64,000 nucleotides of DNA, taken from Gemmatimonadota bacterium. Lineage in GTDB: Bacteria; Gemmatimonadota; Gemmatimonadetes; JACCXV01; JAHWKZ01. The translations under genes and the position numbers were made by a program. Position 1 is the stretch's first letter, and every line of letters starts with the position of its first letter. The notes beneath the pieces were generated by a model that saw nothing but the letters and a program-made list of their open reading frames with translations, searched no databases and was not told the origin of the DNA. This document shows positions 56,143-64,000 of the stretch, piece after piece. The DNA is taken from positions 2,178 to 66,177 of the forward strand of contig DATKCO010000034.1 in the NCBI GenBank assembly GCA_035513155.1, given 5' to 3'.

Positions 56143-57860
56143 CCGCGGCCGTTCCCGGGCAGCACGTCGATCAGCCGCCCCTGGATCGCCGATCGGCCGA
56201 GGTAGGTGTTCTCCCGCAGCCGGCAGGCGATCGTCAGCGGACCGCGGTTGAGATCCAGCTCCTGCATCAGAGTCCCCAGGTTGAAGCCGATCGTGTCGAG
56301 CGTGCGGCCGTTCGCGGCCACCAGCATCTTCAGATGATTCTCGCCCACGATACGCGGATACCCGCGCGCCGACACCTCGCGGACGGCCACGACGGGCTCG
56401 GGGTTGCCCGGGCCGTAGGGGCCGAAGCGACCCAGCGCCTGGTAGAGCGGCGCGTCGATCGCCTGCAGCGGCAGCTCGAGGTCGATCGTCAGGGTGGGCA
56501 CCAGGTGCGAGGGATCGATCCGCTCGCGCGCGAAGCCCTGGAACGCCTCCCGGAACGCGTCGACCCGGTCGTGCCGGATCGCGAGCCCCGCCGCGTAGCG
56601 GTGCCCGCCGAAGGCGTCGAGATGCTCCGCGCAGGCGGTCAGCGCCTCGAGCAGGTGGAAGCCCGAGACGCTGCGCGCCGAGCCGCGGCCCCGGCCGTCC
56701 CCGTCCAGCGCGATCATCACGGTCGGCCGATGGAACCGCTCGACGACCCGTGACGCGACGATCCCGATGACGCCGGGATGCCAGTCCTGGCCCGCCAGCA
56801 CGATCGCCCGGTCGCGCGCCGGATCGTAGAGCGACTCCAGCTGGGCCAGCGCCTCGGCCAGCAGGTTCCGGTCCGCCGCCTGGCGATCGGAGTTCACCTC
56901 CTCGAGCGCGTCGGCGATCCGCTCGGCCTCCGCGGGATCGTCGCTCAGCAGGAGCTCGACGCCCCGCACCGCCGCGTCCATGCGCCCGACCGCGTTGATG
57001 CGGGGGGCCAGGACGAACCCCACCTGCCACGCCGAGGGACGGCTCCGCGCGAGCTCGGTGCGCTCGAGCAGTGCCTTGAGCCCCGCGTTCCGCGTGCGGC
57101 CGAGCTCCTCGAGCCCGTGCCGGATGAGGACCCGGTTCTCGCCCGTCACGGGGACCAGGTCGGCGATCGTCCCCAGGGCGACGAGGTCGAGCCCCCGGCG
57201 GAGCGTGTCGCGGTCCCGTCCGGCGGACAGCTCGAGCGCCTCGCACAGCTTGAACGCCACACCGACGGCGGCCAGGTTCAGATCGGGGTAGCCGGAGTCC
57301 GCCCGCTTGGGGTCGAGCAGGGCGGTCGCCGCGGGCAGCTCGGGCCCGGGCTCGTGATGATCCGTCACGATGACGTCCAGACCCGCCCGGCGGGCGGCCG
57401 CGACCTCCTCGACGGCGGTGATCCCGCAATCGCACGTGACGAGGAGGCCCGCCCCGGCCTCGACCAGCGTGGCCACGCCGTCCCGGGATAGCCCGTAGCC
57501 ATCCTCGACGCGGTGGGGGATGTAGTACTCGACCGACGCGCCGCGCCACCGCAGGTAGCGGACGAGCAGTGCGGTCGCGGTGATCCCGTCCACGTCGTAG
57601 TCCCCGTGGACGACCACCTTCTCGCCCGCCGCGATGGCCGCCTCGAGGCGGGCCACCGCGACGTCCATGTCCCGCATCAGGAACGGATCGTGGAGCTCGT
57701 CGAGGGAGGGGTCGAGGAACGAGCGCGCCTTGTCGACGGTGTCGAAGCCGCGGCGACACAGCAGCTCACCCACGGGCGCCGGAACGCCGAGTGCGCGCGC
57801 CAGCGACGCCGACGCGTGGTCGTCCACCGCTGCCGGCCAGGTCCAGGTGGGTCTCAGCAC
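56139..57860 (-). CDS. recJ: Single-stranded-DNA-specific exonuclease RecJ
   Basis: It has the DHH motifs (HGDYDVDGITA, VIVTDHH) and the DHHA1 motif GGHRYAAG. GTG 57860 was chosen because the longer ORF (to 57998) would overlap the 3' end of rnpB. Confidence 0.95.
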   Translation of the reverse strand: MLRPTWTWPAAVDDHASASLARALGVPAPVGELLCRRGFDTVDKARSFLDPSLDELHDPFLMRDMDVAVARLEAAIAAGEKVVVHGDYDVDGITATALLVRYLRWRGASVEYYIPHRVEDGYGLSRDGVATLVEAGAGLLVTCDCGITAVEEVAAARRAGLDVIVTDHHEPGPELPAATALLDPKRADSGYPDLNLAAVGVAFKLCEALELSAGRDRDTLRRGLDLVALGTIADLVPVTGENRVLIRHGLEELGRTRNAGLKALLERTELARSRPSAWQVGFVLAPRINAVGRMDAAVRGVELLLSDDPAEAERIADALEEVNSDRQAADRNLLAEALAQLESLYDPARDRAIVLAGQDWHPGVIGIVASRVVERFHRPTVMIALDGDGRGRGSARSVSGFHLLEALTACAEHLDAFGGHRYAAGLAIRHDRVDAFREAFQGFARERIDPSHLVPTLTIDLELPLQAIDAPLYQALGRFGPYGPGNPEPVVAVREVSARGYPRIVGENHLKMLVAANGRTLDTIGFNLGTLMQELDLNRGPLTIACRLRENTYLGRSAIQGRLIDVLPGNGRG

Positions 57861-57894
57861 GTCCGTTTCATTCGAGATGATCGAGGGAAAAGTT

Positions 57895-58272
57895 GCGGGA
57901 GCGGACGGACGATAAGCCGGGTTCTGTACCGCGTTGCGCGGTGACGGCCATCGATCTGAGCGGCCTACCCGGAAGTCAAACGCGGCGGGCCACCGCATCC
58001 TTCCCTACATGGCCTTGCTCCGGACGGGGTTTGCCGTGCCGCCCCGCTCGCGCGGAGGCGCGGTGGGCTCTTACCCCACCTTTTCACCCTTGCCGGGTCC
58101 CTCGCGGGACCTTGGGCGGTCTGTTCTCTGTGGCACTTTCCGTCACCCCGAAGGGTGCCTCGCGTACCCGCGCCTCGCGACGCGGTCCACGAGCGTCCTG
58201 CCCTGTGGAGCCCGGACTTTCCTCCAGCGGCCCTAGGGACCGCCGGCGACCGTCTGTCCGCCCGGCTCCCGC
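57895..58272 (-). ncRNA. rnpB: RNase P RNA, bacterial type A
   Basis: The minus strand contains GGAGGAAAGTCCGGGCTCCACAGGGCA (P4), GAAAGTGCCACAGAGAACAGACCGCC, GGTAAGAGCCCACC, GGCAAACCCCGTCCGGAGCAAGGCC and the 3' ACAGAACCCGGCTTATC. The P1 pairing is GGACAGACG/CGTCCGTCC. The ends are approximate to within about 10 nt. Confidence 0.92.
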
Positions 58273-58688
58273 AACGATTCAAAATGCATGTCTATGGCCC
58301 GATTGGCCAGTTCGTCGGCGCGGGCGTTATCCTCCCGGCGCACGTATTCGAGGCGGACGTCGCCGGCCTGCGCCAAGGCGCTCCGGGCCGCGTCGTAGCG
58401 CGGCTTGAGATCCGCGTGCTTGACCCGGTACTCCCCGGTCAGCTGTCGGACCATGAGCTGGGAGTCGGACCGTACCTCGATCTCGGTGTCGGGATCGGGA
58501 TCGACTGCCCGCAGGGCGTGAAGCAGGGCCTCGTACTCTGCCTGGTTGTTCGTGCGCTCGCCGAGGTACGCGCACCCCTCCTCGACCGGCTCGCCGTCCC
58601 GGGTCTCGACCACCCACCCCGCGCCCGCGGGGCCGGGATTGCCGCGCGCCGCGCCGTCGGTGCGGATCACGAGCTCGCGCCGGGGCAC
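58233..58688 (-). CDS. RNase H (type 1) family protein
   Basis: This is the C-terminal 151 aa of ORF 58233..58835. It has IRTDGAARGNPGPAG, NNQAEYEALLHAL, SDSQLMVRQL and NARADELAN. GTG 58688 shares 1 nt with the upstream TAG. The last 13 or so codons overlap the 5' end of rnpB. Confidence 0.85.
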   Translation of the reverse strand: MPRRELVIRTDGAARGNPGPAGAGWVVETRDGEPVEEGCAYLGERTNNQAEYEALLHALRAVDPDPDTEIEVRSDSQLMVRQLTGEYRVKHADLKPRYDAARSALAQAGDVRLEYVRREDNARADELANRAIDMHFESLREPGGQTVAGGP

Positions 58689-59449
58689 TACACGTCGGAG
58701 GGGGCCGGATCGACGGCCGCCGTCTCCAGCGGCGCGTAGACGAGCACGCCGCAGGCCTCGCACGGATGAAGGGATCCTTCGTGGGTGATCTCCCGCACGA
58801 CCTGGGGGGGCAGCCGGCTGAAGCAGGCGCCGCACGCCAGCCCCTTCAGCGGCACCAGCGCGGGAAAGCGGTGCCCGCGCCGCAGCCGGTCGTAGAGGCG
58901 ATAGACGGCGGGATCGACCTCCGTCACCATCGCCTGGCGCCGCGTCTCGAGCGCCGCGACCTCGCGCTCGATCGACGCCGCCTCCTCGTCCAGCTCCTTC
59001 AGCCGGTCGGCGGCCGCGGCGCGCTTGAGCTCGAGCTCGCCGTCGATCTCGCCGATCCGGCCCTCGATCGCCTCCCGGCGCTCCATCTCCTCGAGGATCT
59101 CGTCCTCCAGCTCGCCGATCGCGCGTCGGGTCCCCTGGATCTCAGTCAGCAGCGCGCTGTAGGCGACGTTCGTCTTGACCTCGTTGAGCTGCCGTTCGTA
59201 CCGAGCGAGGTGCTCCTGCTGCATCTCGAGCTCGCTCTCGTGGCGCCGTCGCTCGAGGCGCACCTGCTCGAGCTCGCCCTCCCGCGTCGCCCTCTCCTCT
59301 TCCAACACGGTGATCTCACGACTGACCTCGGCGCGGTCCCCGGGGATCTCCTTTCCGCGTCGTCCCAGCTCCGACAGCTTGCGATCGAGCGTCTGTACGG
59401 CCAGCAGCGCCTCCAGGCTGTCGATGGCCCTCATCGGTCTAGCGGTCAT
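58688..59449 (-). CDS. Coiled-coil protein with a C-terminal C4 zinc ribbon (COG1579-like)
   Basis: ATG 59449 is preceded by gggaggg. It has a long heptad-rich region and then CGACFSRLPPQ...HPCEACGVLVY (CxxC...CxxC). Confidence 0.8.
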   Translation of the reverse strand: MTARPMRAIDSLEALLAVQTLDRKLSELGRRGKEIPGDRAEVSREITVLEEERATREGELEQVRLERRRHESELEMQQEHLARYERQLNEVKTNVAYSALLTEIQGTRRAIGELEDEILEEMERREAIEGRIGEIDGELELKRAAAADRLKELDEEAASIEREVAALETRRQAMVTEVDPAVYRLYDRLRRGHRFPALVPLKGLACGACFSRLPPQVVREITHEGSLHPCEACGVLVYAPLETAAVDPAPSDV

Positions 59450-59466
59450 AGCCCTCCCGTTCGGGG

Positions 59467-59497
59467 AAACAAAAAAAGGTGCGCCTCGCGGCACACC
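59467..59497 (-). terminator. Rho-independent terminator (GGTGTGCC-GCGA-GGCGCACC plus T7GTTT)
   Basis: The 8-bp stem has one G-U pair and a GNRA loop, and a U-tract follows on the minus strand. It lies about 170 nt downstream of the 560-aa gene and about 18 nt upstream of the Zn-ribbon ATG. Confidence 0.7.
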
Positions 59498-59619
59498 TCG
59501 CTGCATACTAGAGGGTCGTGATCTCGCCCTCGCCCTGAACGAGCCGGCGGGCGACACCCCCCACTCATTCGGGAATCGTGGGAACCTTGATCGAGGGCCT
59601 TCCTTCCATGGTCTATCCT

Positions 59620-59649
59620 AATCTATCACCCCGCGCCGGGCACCGCCAA
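59620..59649 (-). promoter_or_regulatory. Possible sigma-70-like promoter (TTGGCG-N17/18-ATAGAT/TAGATT)
   Basis: Hexamers were read from the minus strand in a locally AT-richer patch. It would drive a transcript of about 150 nt ending at the 59467-59497 terminator. Confidence 0.35.
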
Positions 59650-59665
59650 CCTGAGCTCGCTTCCT

Positions 59666-61348
59666 CTACGCATCCATTTCAGCGAGCCTCCGGACGGCGC
59701 GCCCGAGCTTCGCGTGGCGGTCGAATCGGAGCACGAAATCGGACTCGAAGATGCCCCCTTTGGCGCGGACCACCAGGCCCAGGTCGCGTCGCTCCTTCGC
59801 GCTCCACCGCCGAATCCCGGGGATCATGCAGACGAGGGGAGCCCATCGGTCCCAGGCGATCCGCTCGCCCCGGGGGAGCCTCCGGAACGAGCGCAGGCCG
59901 ACGAGCGCGGCGGCTTCCTCCGCGCATGTACGGATCCCTCGTTCCCGGTCGGCTCCGAAGCGACGCGCGAGGTACCGCGAGATGCCGAGACCGACCGTCC
60001 CGAGGTCGATCCTCCCTATCGACGCCTCGTTCCGCCCGGCCAGGTCGAGAAACAGGTACTCGGAGGACAGCTTCTCGAGGGTGGCGACGCCCGAGCGGTG
60101 CCGGGGAGCCTTCTTCAAGTGGGCAAGCTCCCGCCGGACGAGCCTCTTCACCCGCGGGTCGTCGGGCCGGAACCCGAGCTTGTAGTAGAACCACCAGGCC
60201 CCGGATTTCAACCCCTCTTCGTTGTCGTAGCCGAGCTGGTAGGGGTTGACGGCGAACGTCTCGGCGTGGAAGAGCTCGCGCGCCATGGCGAGGACGTGGC
60301 CGTAGACGCGGGCCGCCTCCCCACCGCGGTAGGTGTCGAAGACGTTGTAGGCCACCTCCACCGAGCGGAAGAGCGCGCTCAGCAGGACATAGCCGATGGG
60401 GACTCCGTTCTTGAGCGTGAGGAAGCCGTGGACCGCCTCGAACAGCAGGCGCCGCTCCGGACGGGTCCCCATGCAGGCGAACTGGAGACCGTCCCCGCAA
60501 TCGACCATCCGGACCGTGCCCGGGTCCGCGTACGCGAACGCGTCGAGGTCGCGGCTTCGGGTGACCATCGCCTCTCGCGCGAGGTCGACCAGCCGCCGAC
60601 CCTCGCGGCCCGAGAGCGGGCGCACGGAGCGCGGCCGGGTCCGCACGGCTTTTGCGACATCCGGACGGGTCCGGTCGAGAGGGCGGGTCTGGAAGTGGAT
60701 CCTCGAAGGGACCTTGGCCTTCGTGCGCGAAGGGGTGCCGGGGCCAGGCGAGAGCCGGATCGGGATGTCGAGCTGATCGTATAGCGTCTCCCGACCGAAC
60801 GAGTCGGCGCGCATCGCGCGGAAGCGCTTCACGAGGAACTCGGCGTCGGTCTCCTTCGGACCCTTCAGGCGGCCGCTCCACTCCTCCGCCGAGTAGTCGA
60901 ACCCGTCGAGCCCCGGCGTCTCGGAGTACGGGACGAGGAGGTGCAGGAGACCAACGAGCCGCGATGCGTTCTCGAATCCCCTCCAGTCGACGGACAGCCG
61001 GTCGGGCCAGCGCTCCGCGAGCCAGAGGGCGGTGGGCCAGTAGAACTCGGAGCGGAGCTCCGTTCCGGCGATTCCCGAATCGACGAGCCCGCGGCGATTG
61101 CGCCTCAGGTCGGCGCGATCGGCGAAGGAGCCGAGCATCGCCTCGACCCGATCCAGCACGTCCGCATCGTCGGGGTACGCTCGCAGGAAGGTCAGCGCGT
61201 CGTGGAGCCGTGCGATCCGGTTCGCATCCGGGAGGCTCCGCCCCGCCAGCGCGTCCAGGAGCTCGAGCTTCTGAACCGCTGCCGAGCCACCGAAGTGGTC
61301 CCGGATCCTCTCCAGCCGTGCGAGCAGGGACGAGGCCGAGGCCCTCAC
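59666..61348 (-). CDS. Uncharacterised 560-aa protein with a GNAT-like core segment
   Basis: It is a full-length ORF of normal composition. The central region (LKNGVPIGYVLLSALF...VYGHVLAMARELF...WWFYYKLGFRP) resembles an acetyltransferase fold. I recognise no family. Confidence 0.7.
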   Translation of the reverse strand: MRASASSLLARLERIRDHFGGSAAVQKLELLDALAGRSLPDANRIARLHDALTFLRAYPDDADVLDRVEAMLGSFADRADLRRNRRGLVDSGIAGTELRSEFYWPTALWLAERWPDRLSVDWRGFENASRLVGLLHLLVPYSETPGLDGFDYSAEEWSGRLKGPKETDAEFLVKRFRAMRADSFGRETLYDQLDIPIRLSPGPGTPSRTKAKVPSRIHFQTRPLDRTRPDVAKAVRTRPRSVRPLSGREGRRLVDLAREAMVTRSRDLDAFAYADPGTVRMVDCGDGLQFACMGTRPERRLLFEAVHGFLTLKNGVPIGYVLLSALFRSVEVAYNVFDTYRGGEAARVYGHVLAMARELFHAETFAVNPYQLGYDNEEGLKSGAWWFYYKLGFRPDDPRVKRLVRRELAHLKKAPRHRSGVATLEKLSSEYLFLDLAGRNEASIGRIDLGTVGLGISRYLARRFGADRERGIRTCAEEAAALVGLRSFRRLPRGERIAWDRWAPLVCMIPGIRRWSAKERRDLGLVVRAKGGIFESDFVLRFDRHAKLGRAVRRLAEMDA

Positions 61349-61417
61349 GGGAGATCCCCGTTCCGGCAGGCGTCACGGGCGGGCGGGCGAGATGAGGGTA
61401 CGGAGACGCCGCGGTGA

Positions 61418-61494
61418 TGGTGGGCGGTGCAGGATTCGAACCTGCGACCTCCGGTATGTGAGACCGGCGCTCTAACCAACTGAGCTAACCACCC
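61418..61494 (-). tRNA. tRNA-Val (anticodon CAC), CCA encoded
   Basis: Cloverleaf folded by hand: acceptor GGGTGGT/ACCGCCC, D-arm TAGCTCAGTTGGTTAGAGC, anticodon stem CCGGT/ACCGG with loop CTCACAT, T-arm GCAGG-TTCGAAT-CCTGC, then A and CCA. Confidence 0.9.
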
Positions 61495-61522
61495 ACGGAA
61501 GGACGAGAAGCTAACCGCCGCG

Positions 61523-61987
61523 TCAGGAGCCCGTCAACGGAAGCGGAGACAGGTTCAGCCGCTGCCCGCTGAAGCTGAAGTGCTGCGTGCAGATGCCCGA
61601 GACGCCGGGGAAGGTGCCCTCGAACCGGATCGTTCCCAAGCCGACGATGCTGCCCTCCGTGACGCGGGACTCACTGACCTCCATGAAGCCCGGAAACGTG
61701 CCCCCCGCGGGATTGTCGACGAGGATCGTTCCCTCCACCGTCATGATCCGGGACTCGGTGTCGATGGTGCCCGTGAGCGTGGCGGCGTCGCCGAACAGGA
61801 ACGTCACGTTGTCTCCGACGCGCTCGATCGTGACTTCGGCGCTGAAGCTGCTGGCCTGCCCGGTGCACTCGTCGACCGGGATCGAGACGTTCAGCTGGTA
61901 GGTCCCCTCCACGCCGGTGGAAGGGGTGCTCTCGCAGCCGGCCGCCAGGGCGGCGAGCAGCGCGATTATCAAGGTGCGATGCAGCAT
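61523..61987 (-). CDS. Hypothetical lipoprotein
   Basis: It has the lipobox LAALAAGC and is a 154-aa beta-rich protein. It lies between two tRNA genes. Confidence 0.7.
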   Translation of the reverse strand: MLHRTLIIALLAALAAGCESTPSTGVEGTYQLNVSIPVDECTGQASSFSAEVTIERVGDNVTFLFGDAATLTGTIDTESRIMTVEGTILVDNPAGGTFPGFMEVSESRVTEGSIVGLGTIRFEGTFPGVSGICTQHFSFSGQRLNLSPLPLTGS

Positions 61988-62009
61988 TCTCTCCCTCTCT
62001 GTTATCGAG

Positions 62010-62082
62010 TGGGCCCGGCTGGATTCGAACCAGCGACCCTCGGATTATGAGTCCGGTGCTCTAACCGCTGAGCTACGGGCCC
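62010..62082 (-). tRNA. tRNA with a CAT anticodon (elongator Met, or more likely lysidine-modified Ile2); CCA not encoded
   Basis: Cloverleaf folded by hand: acceptor GGGCCCG/CGGGCCC, D-arm GCTCAGCGGTTAGAGC, anticodon loop CTCATAA, T-arm GCTGG-TTCGAAT-CCAGC, discriminator A followed by CTC. G1-C72 pairing excludes an initiator tRNA. Confidence 0.85.
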
Positions 62083-62150
62083 CGACGTGTGTCGAGGATC
62101 GCCCGATCGCGCCGGCGGCCGGTGGGACCCGGTATCGCCGGAGAAACTGT

Positions 62151-62191
62151 GTACCCCGTGCCGCGGTTGGGTTCCACTGCGCGCGGGGTAC
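62151..62191 (-). terminator. Hairpin downstream of rpoD (GTACCCCG...CGGGGTAC), a possible terminator
   Basis: It has an 8-bp outer stem with an internally paired loop, followed by ACAGTTTCTCC on the minus strand. The U-tract is weak. Confidence 0.35.
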
Positions 62192-62214
62192 GATAGGCGG
62201 AGTCGCGGCGGTCC

Positions 62215-63777
62215 TCAGAGGTCGTAGAACTTGAGCAGATCGCGGCACTTCGATGGGTGCCGCAGCTTCTTCAACGCCTTCGCCTCGATCTGCCGCACCC
62301 GCTCGCGGGTGATGTTGAAGATCGAGCCCACCTCCTCCAGCGTCCGCGGACACCCGTCCCCGATCCCGAACCGGAGTCGGATGATCCGCTCCTCGCGCTG
62401 GGAAAGCGTGTGCAGGACCGAGTTCACGTTCTCCTTCAGCAGCGCGAAGGCCGCGTTCCTCGACGGTGACAAACTCCGGCTGTCCTCGATGATGTCGGAG
62501 ATCTGCGTGTCCTGATCGGTCTGCACCGGGCGGTCCAGCGAGATCGGCTCCTGGGCGATCTTCAGCACCGCCTTCACCTTCTCGATCGGCAGGTCCAGCT
62601 TCTCGGCGACCTCCTCCGGTGTCGGCTCGCGCCCGTTGCGCTGGACGCTTCGGCGCGTGTAGCGGTTCACCTTGTTGATCGTCTCGATCATGTGGACGGG
62701 GATCCGGATCGTCCGCGACTGCTCGGCGATCGCCCGCGTGATCGCCTGTCGGATCCACCACGTGGCATAGGTGGAGAACTTGTATCCCTTGCGGTGGTCG
62801 AACTTCTCGGTCGCCCGCAGGAGGCCGGAGTTGCCTTCCTGGATGAGGTCCAGGAACTCGAGGCCGCGGCCGATGTACCGCTTGGCCACCGACACCACCA
62901 GCCGCACGTTCGCCTCCACCATCCGCCGGCGCGACGACATGACCTGGCGGGTGAGCTGGCCGACCTCGGCCAGGAGCGCGTGATATTCGGCCCGGGTGAG
63001 CCCGGTCGCGCGCTCGAGGTCACGCTCGCGCCACGACATGGCGGTCAGCCCGTCCAGCTCGCGCAGCTTCTCGGCCAGGTACTCGATCTGGGAGTGGTGG
63101 AGGGGTAGCGCCAGGAAGAACTGACGCACGGACTCCATCTCGGCGTGCGCCTGCTTGCCCTTCTGCCCCCGCAGCCCGCTGCGGTCGAACACCGCGCGCC
63201 CGGCCCGCCAGAGCTCCTCCTGCGCGCGCAGTTCGTCGGCGAGATCGCTCGCGTCCAGCGGGGCGGCCTCGTCCTCGTCGCCGTCCCACTCGGCGAAATC
63301 GTCGCCCAAGAACGCCTCCGGCCGCATCGACCCCTCGACCACCGCGGCCCCCTGCTCGAACGCCCGCTCGATCGACGTATAGGAGCGGAAGACCGCTTCG
63401 CGGAGCGCCACCTGGCCCTCGGCGATGGCTCGCGCCAGTTCGATCTCCTCTTCCCCGCTCAGGAGGGGCACCCGCCCCATCTCTTGGAAGTACATGCGGA
63501 TCAGGTCGTCGTACACCTGGAGCCGCGCGCCGAACGCGCCGCTTCCGTCTTGTTCCTCCTCCTCCTCGACCTCCGACTCCGGCTCGTCCTCGACCGCCGC
63601 CTCCGCCGCGGGGCGCTCGAGCTTCCCGTCCGGGCGCTCCTCGTCGCCCTCCAGCTCGTCTCCTTCGTCTTCGCGCAGGTCGAGGATCATGCGGTCGATG
63701 GTCTCCGATTCGTGGGAGTCGTCGGGTGGCCCGGTCTCGACATCGTTCCGGGAGGTCGCGCGACGGGAATTGGCCAT
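62215..63777 (-). CDS. rpoD: Primary RNA polymerase sigma factor RpoD
   Basis: It has an acidic N-terminal region, region 2 ([41 protein letters not shown]) and region 4 ([24 protein letters not shown]). The ATG at 63777 was chosen. Confidence 0.97.
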   Translation of the reverse strand: MANSRRATSRNDVETGPPDDSHESETIDRMILDLREDEGDELEGDEERPDGKLERPAAEAAVEDEPESEVEEEEEQDGSGAFGARLQVYDDLIRMYFQEMGRVPLLSGEEEIELARAIAEGQVALREAVFRSYTSIERAFEQGAAVVEGSMRPEAFLGDDFAEWDGDEDEAAPLDASDLADELRAQEELWRAGRAVFDRSGLRGQKGKQAHAEMESVRQFFLALPLHHSQIEYLAEKLRELDGLTAMSWRERDLERATGLTRAEYHALLAEVGQLTRQVMSSRRRMVEANVRLVVSVAKRYIGRGLEFLDLIQEGNSGLLRATEKFDHRKGYKFSTYATWWIRQAITRAIAEQSRTIRIPVHMIETINKVNRYTRRSVQRNGREPTPEEVAEKLDLPIEKVKAVLKIAQEPISLDRPVQTDQDTQISDIIEDSRSLSPSRNAAFALLKENVNSVLHTLSQREERIIRLRFGIGDGCPRTLEEVGSIFNITRERVRQIEAKALKKLRHPSKCRDLLKFYDL

Positions 63778-63820
63778 GGCAGGTCGTCGGTAAGGGGAGG
63801 CTCGACCAGTCAGAGGAGTC

Positions 63821-63850
63821 AAGGTACCCGGGCGTCCGGCGCGGTGTCAA
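63821..63850 (-). promoter_or_regulatory. Sigma-70-like promoter upstream of rpoD (TTGACA-N18-TACCTT)
   Basis: It has a perfect -35 hexamer on the minus strand, about 45 nt upstream of the rpoD ATG. Confidence 0.4.
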
Positions 63851-63861
63851 ACACGCGCCGC

Positions 63862-64000
63862 TCAGCCGCGCGGTCGCCGCGTCCCGAACCGTCCAGGCGC
63901 GATCTCCCGCCGCACCCGCTGCCGCTCGACCATGTCCTCGAGGACGTCTCCGGTCGGCTCGACCCGGCGCTCGTGCACCCCGCGCTCGAGCGCATCTTCG
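63862..64000 (-). CDS. 3' end of a gene running in from the right edge (possibly dnaG, by synteny only)
   Basis: The open frame on the minus strand ends at TGA 63864-62 (...EDALERGVHERRVEPTGDVLEDMVERQRVRREIAPGRFGTRRPRG). The 46 aa carry no diagnostic motif. The dnaG guess rests only on the common dnaG-rpoD order. Confidence 0.35.
   Translation of the reverse strand, partial: EDALERGVHERRVEPTGDVLEDMVERQRVRREIAPGRFGTRRPRG

Noticed and set aside
57861-57998. The longer RecJ start (ATG 57998)
   Set aside because: It would place 46 codons across the 3' third of rnpB. The RecJ homology only begins after GTG 57860.
59508-59530. A plus-strand GGGTCGTGA string resembling the ZTP (pfl) riboswitch core
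   Set aside because: It is only a 9-nt resemblance, the rest of the motif is absent, and there is no plus-strand gene downstream to regulate.
59590-59612. GGAAGGAAG in the 59.5-kb intergenic unit, reminiscent of the SRP RNA domain IV (CCGGAAGGAAGCAGC)
   Set aside because: The flanking bases cannot form the GNRA-capped helix 8 or the symmetric loop, and no long closing hairpin exists. It is not SRP RNA.

Overview
Very GC-rich (by eye about 70%) bacterial chromosomal segment. It is densely packed: about 60 protein genes, 3 tRNAs (Gln-CTG, Val-CAC, one CAT anticodon) and the RNase P RNA. I found no rRNA, CRISPR array, transposase, integrase or prophage genes. Most content is housekeeping: murJ, valS, proS, ddl, trxB, tdh-kbl, selA, nfo, recJ, rsmD, coaD, rsmA/ksgA, rnpB, rpoD and rex. 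Many long entries in the ORF track are GC-driven artefacts, either antisense ORFs or 5' extensions of real genes. I trimmed starts using motif positions, RBS-like sequences and stop/start overlaps. All product calls rest on motifs I recognise by eye and from memory, with no database search, so starts and family names are provisional. Items worth a second look: (1) a patatin - queE - luxE-like - luxC-like operon with translational coupling, which may be a lux-like carboxylate-reducing module or a new 7-deazapurine branch; (2) a near-consensus sigma-54 promoter heading an operon for a TPR-extended TonB-type receptor, a histidine kinase and its own GAFTGA activator, followed directly by hpnC-hpnD-hpnE plus a coupled 2Fe-2S ferredoxin and no cyclase; (3) pervasive 4-nt NTGA stop/start overlaps, including two cases where only CTG is available as a start; (4) an extended -10 promoter and an 11-codon leader mini-ORF overlapping the ABC-F start; (5) an AT-rich island between convergent genes; (6) a unit of about 150 nt bounded by a promoter-like sequence and a terminator, upstream of the Zn-ribbon/RNase H/rnpB block; (7) a Rex operator; (8) a CAT-anticodon tRNA downstream of rpoD that looks like tRNA-Ile2.
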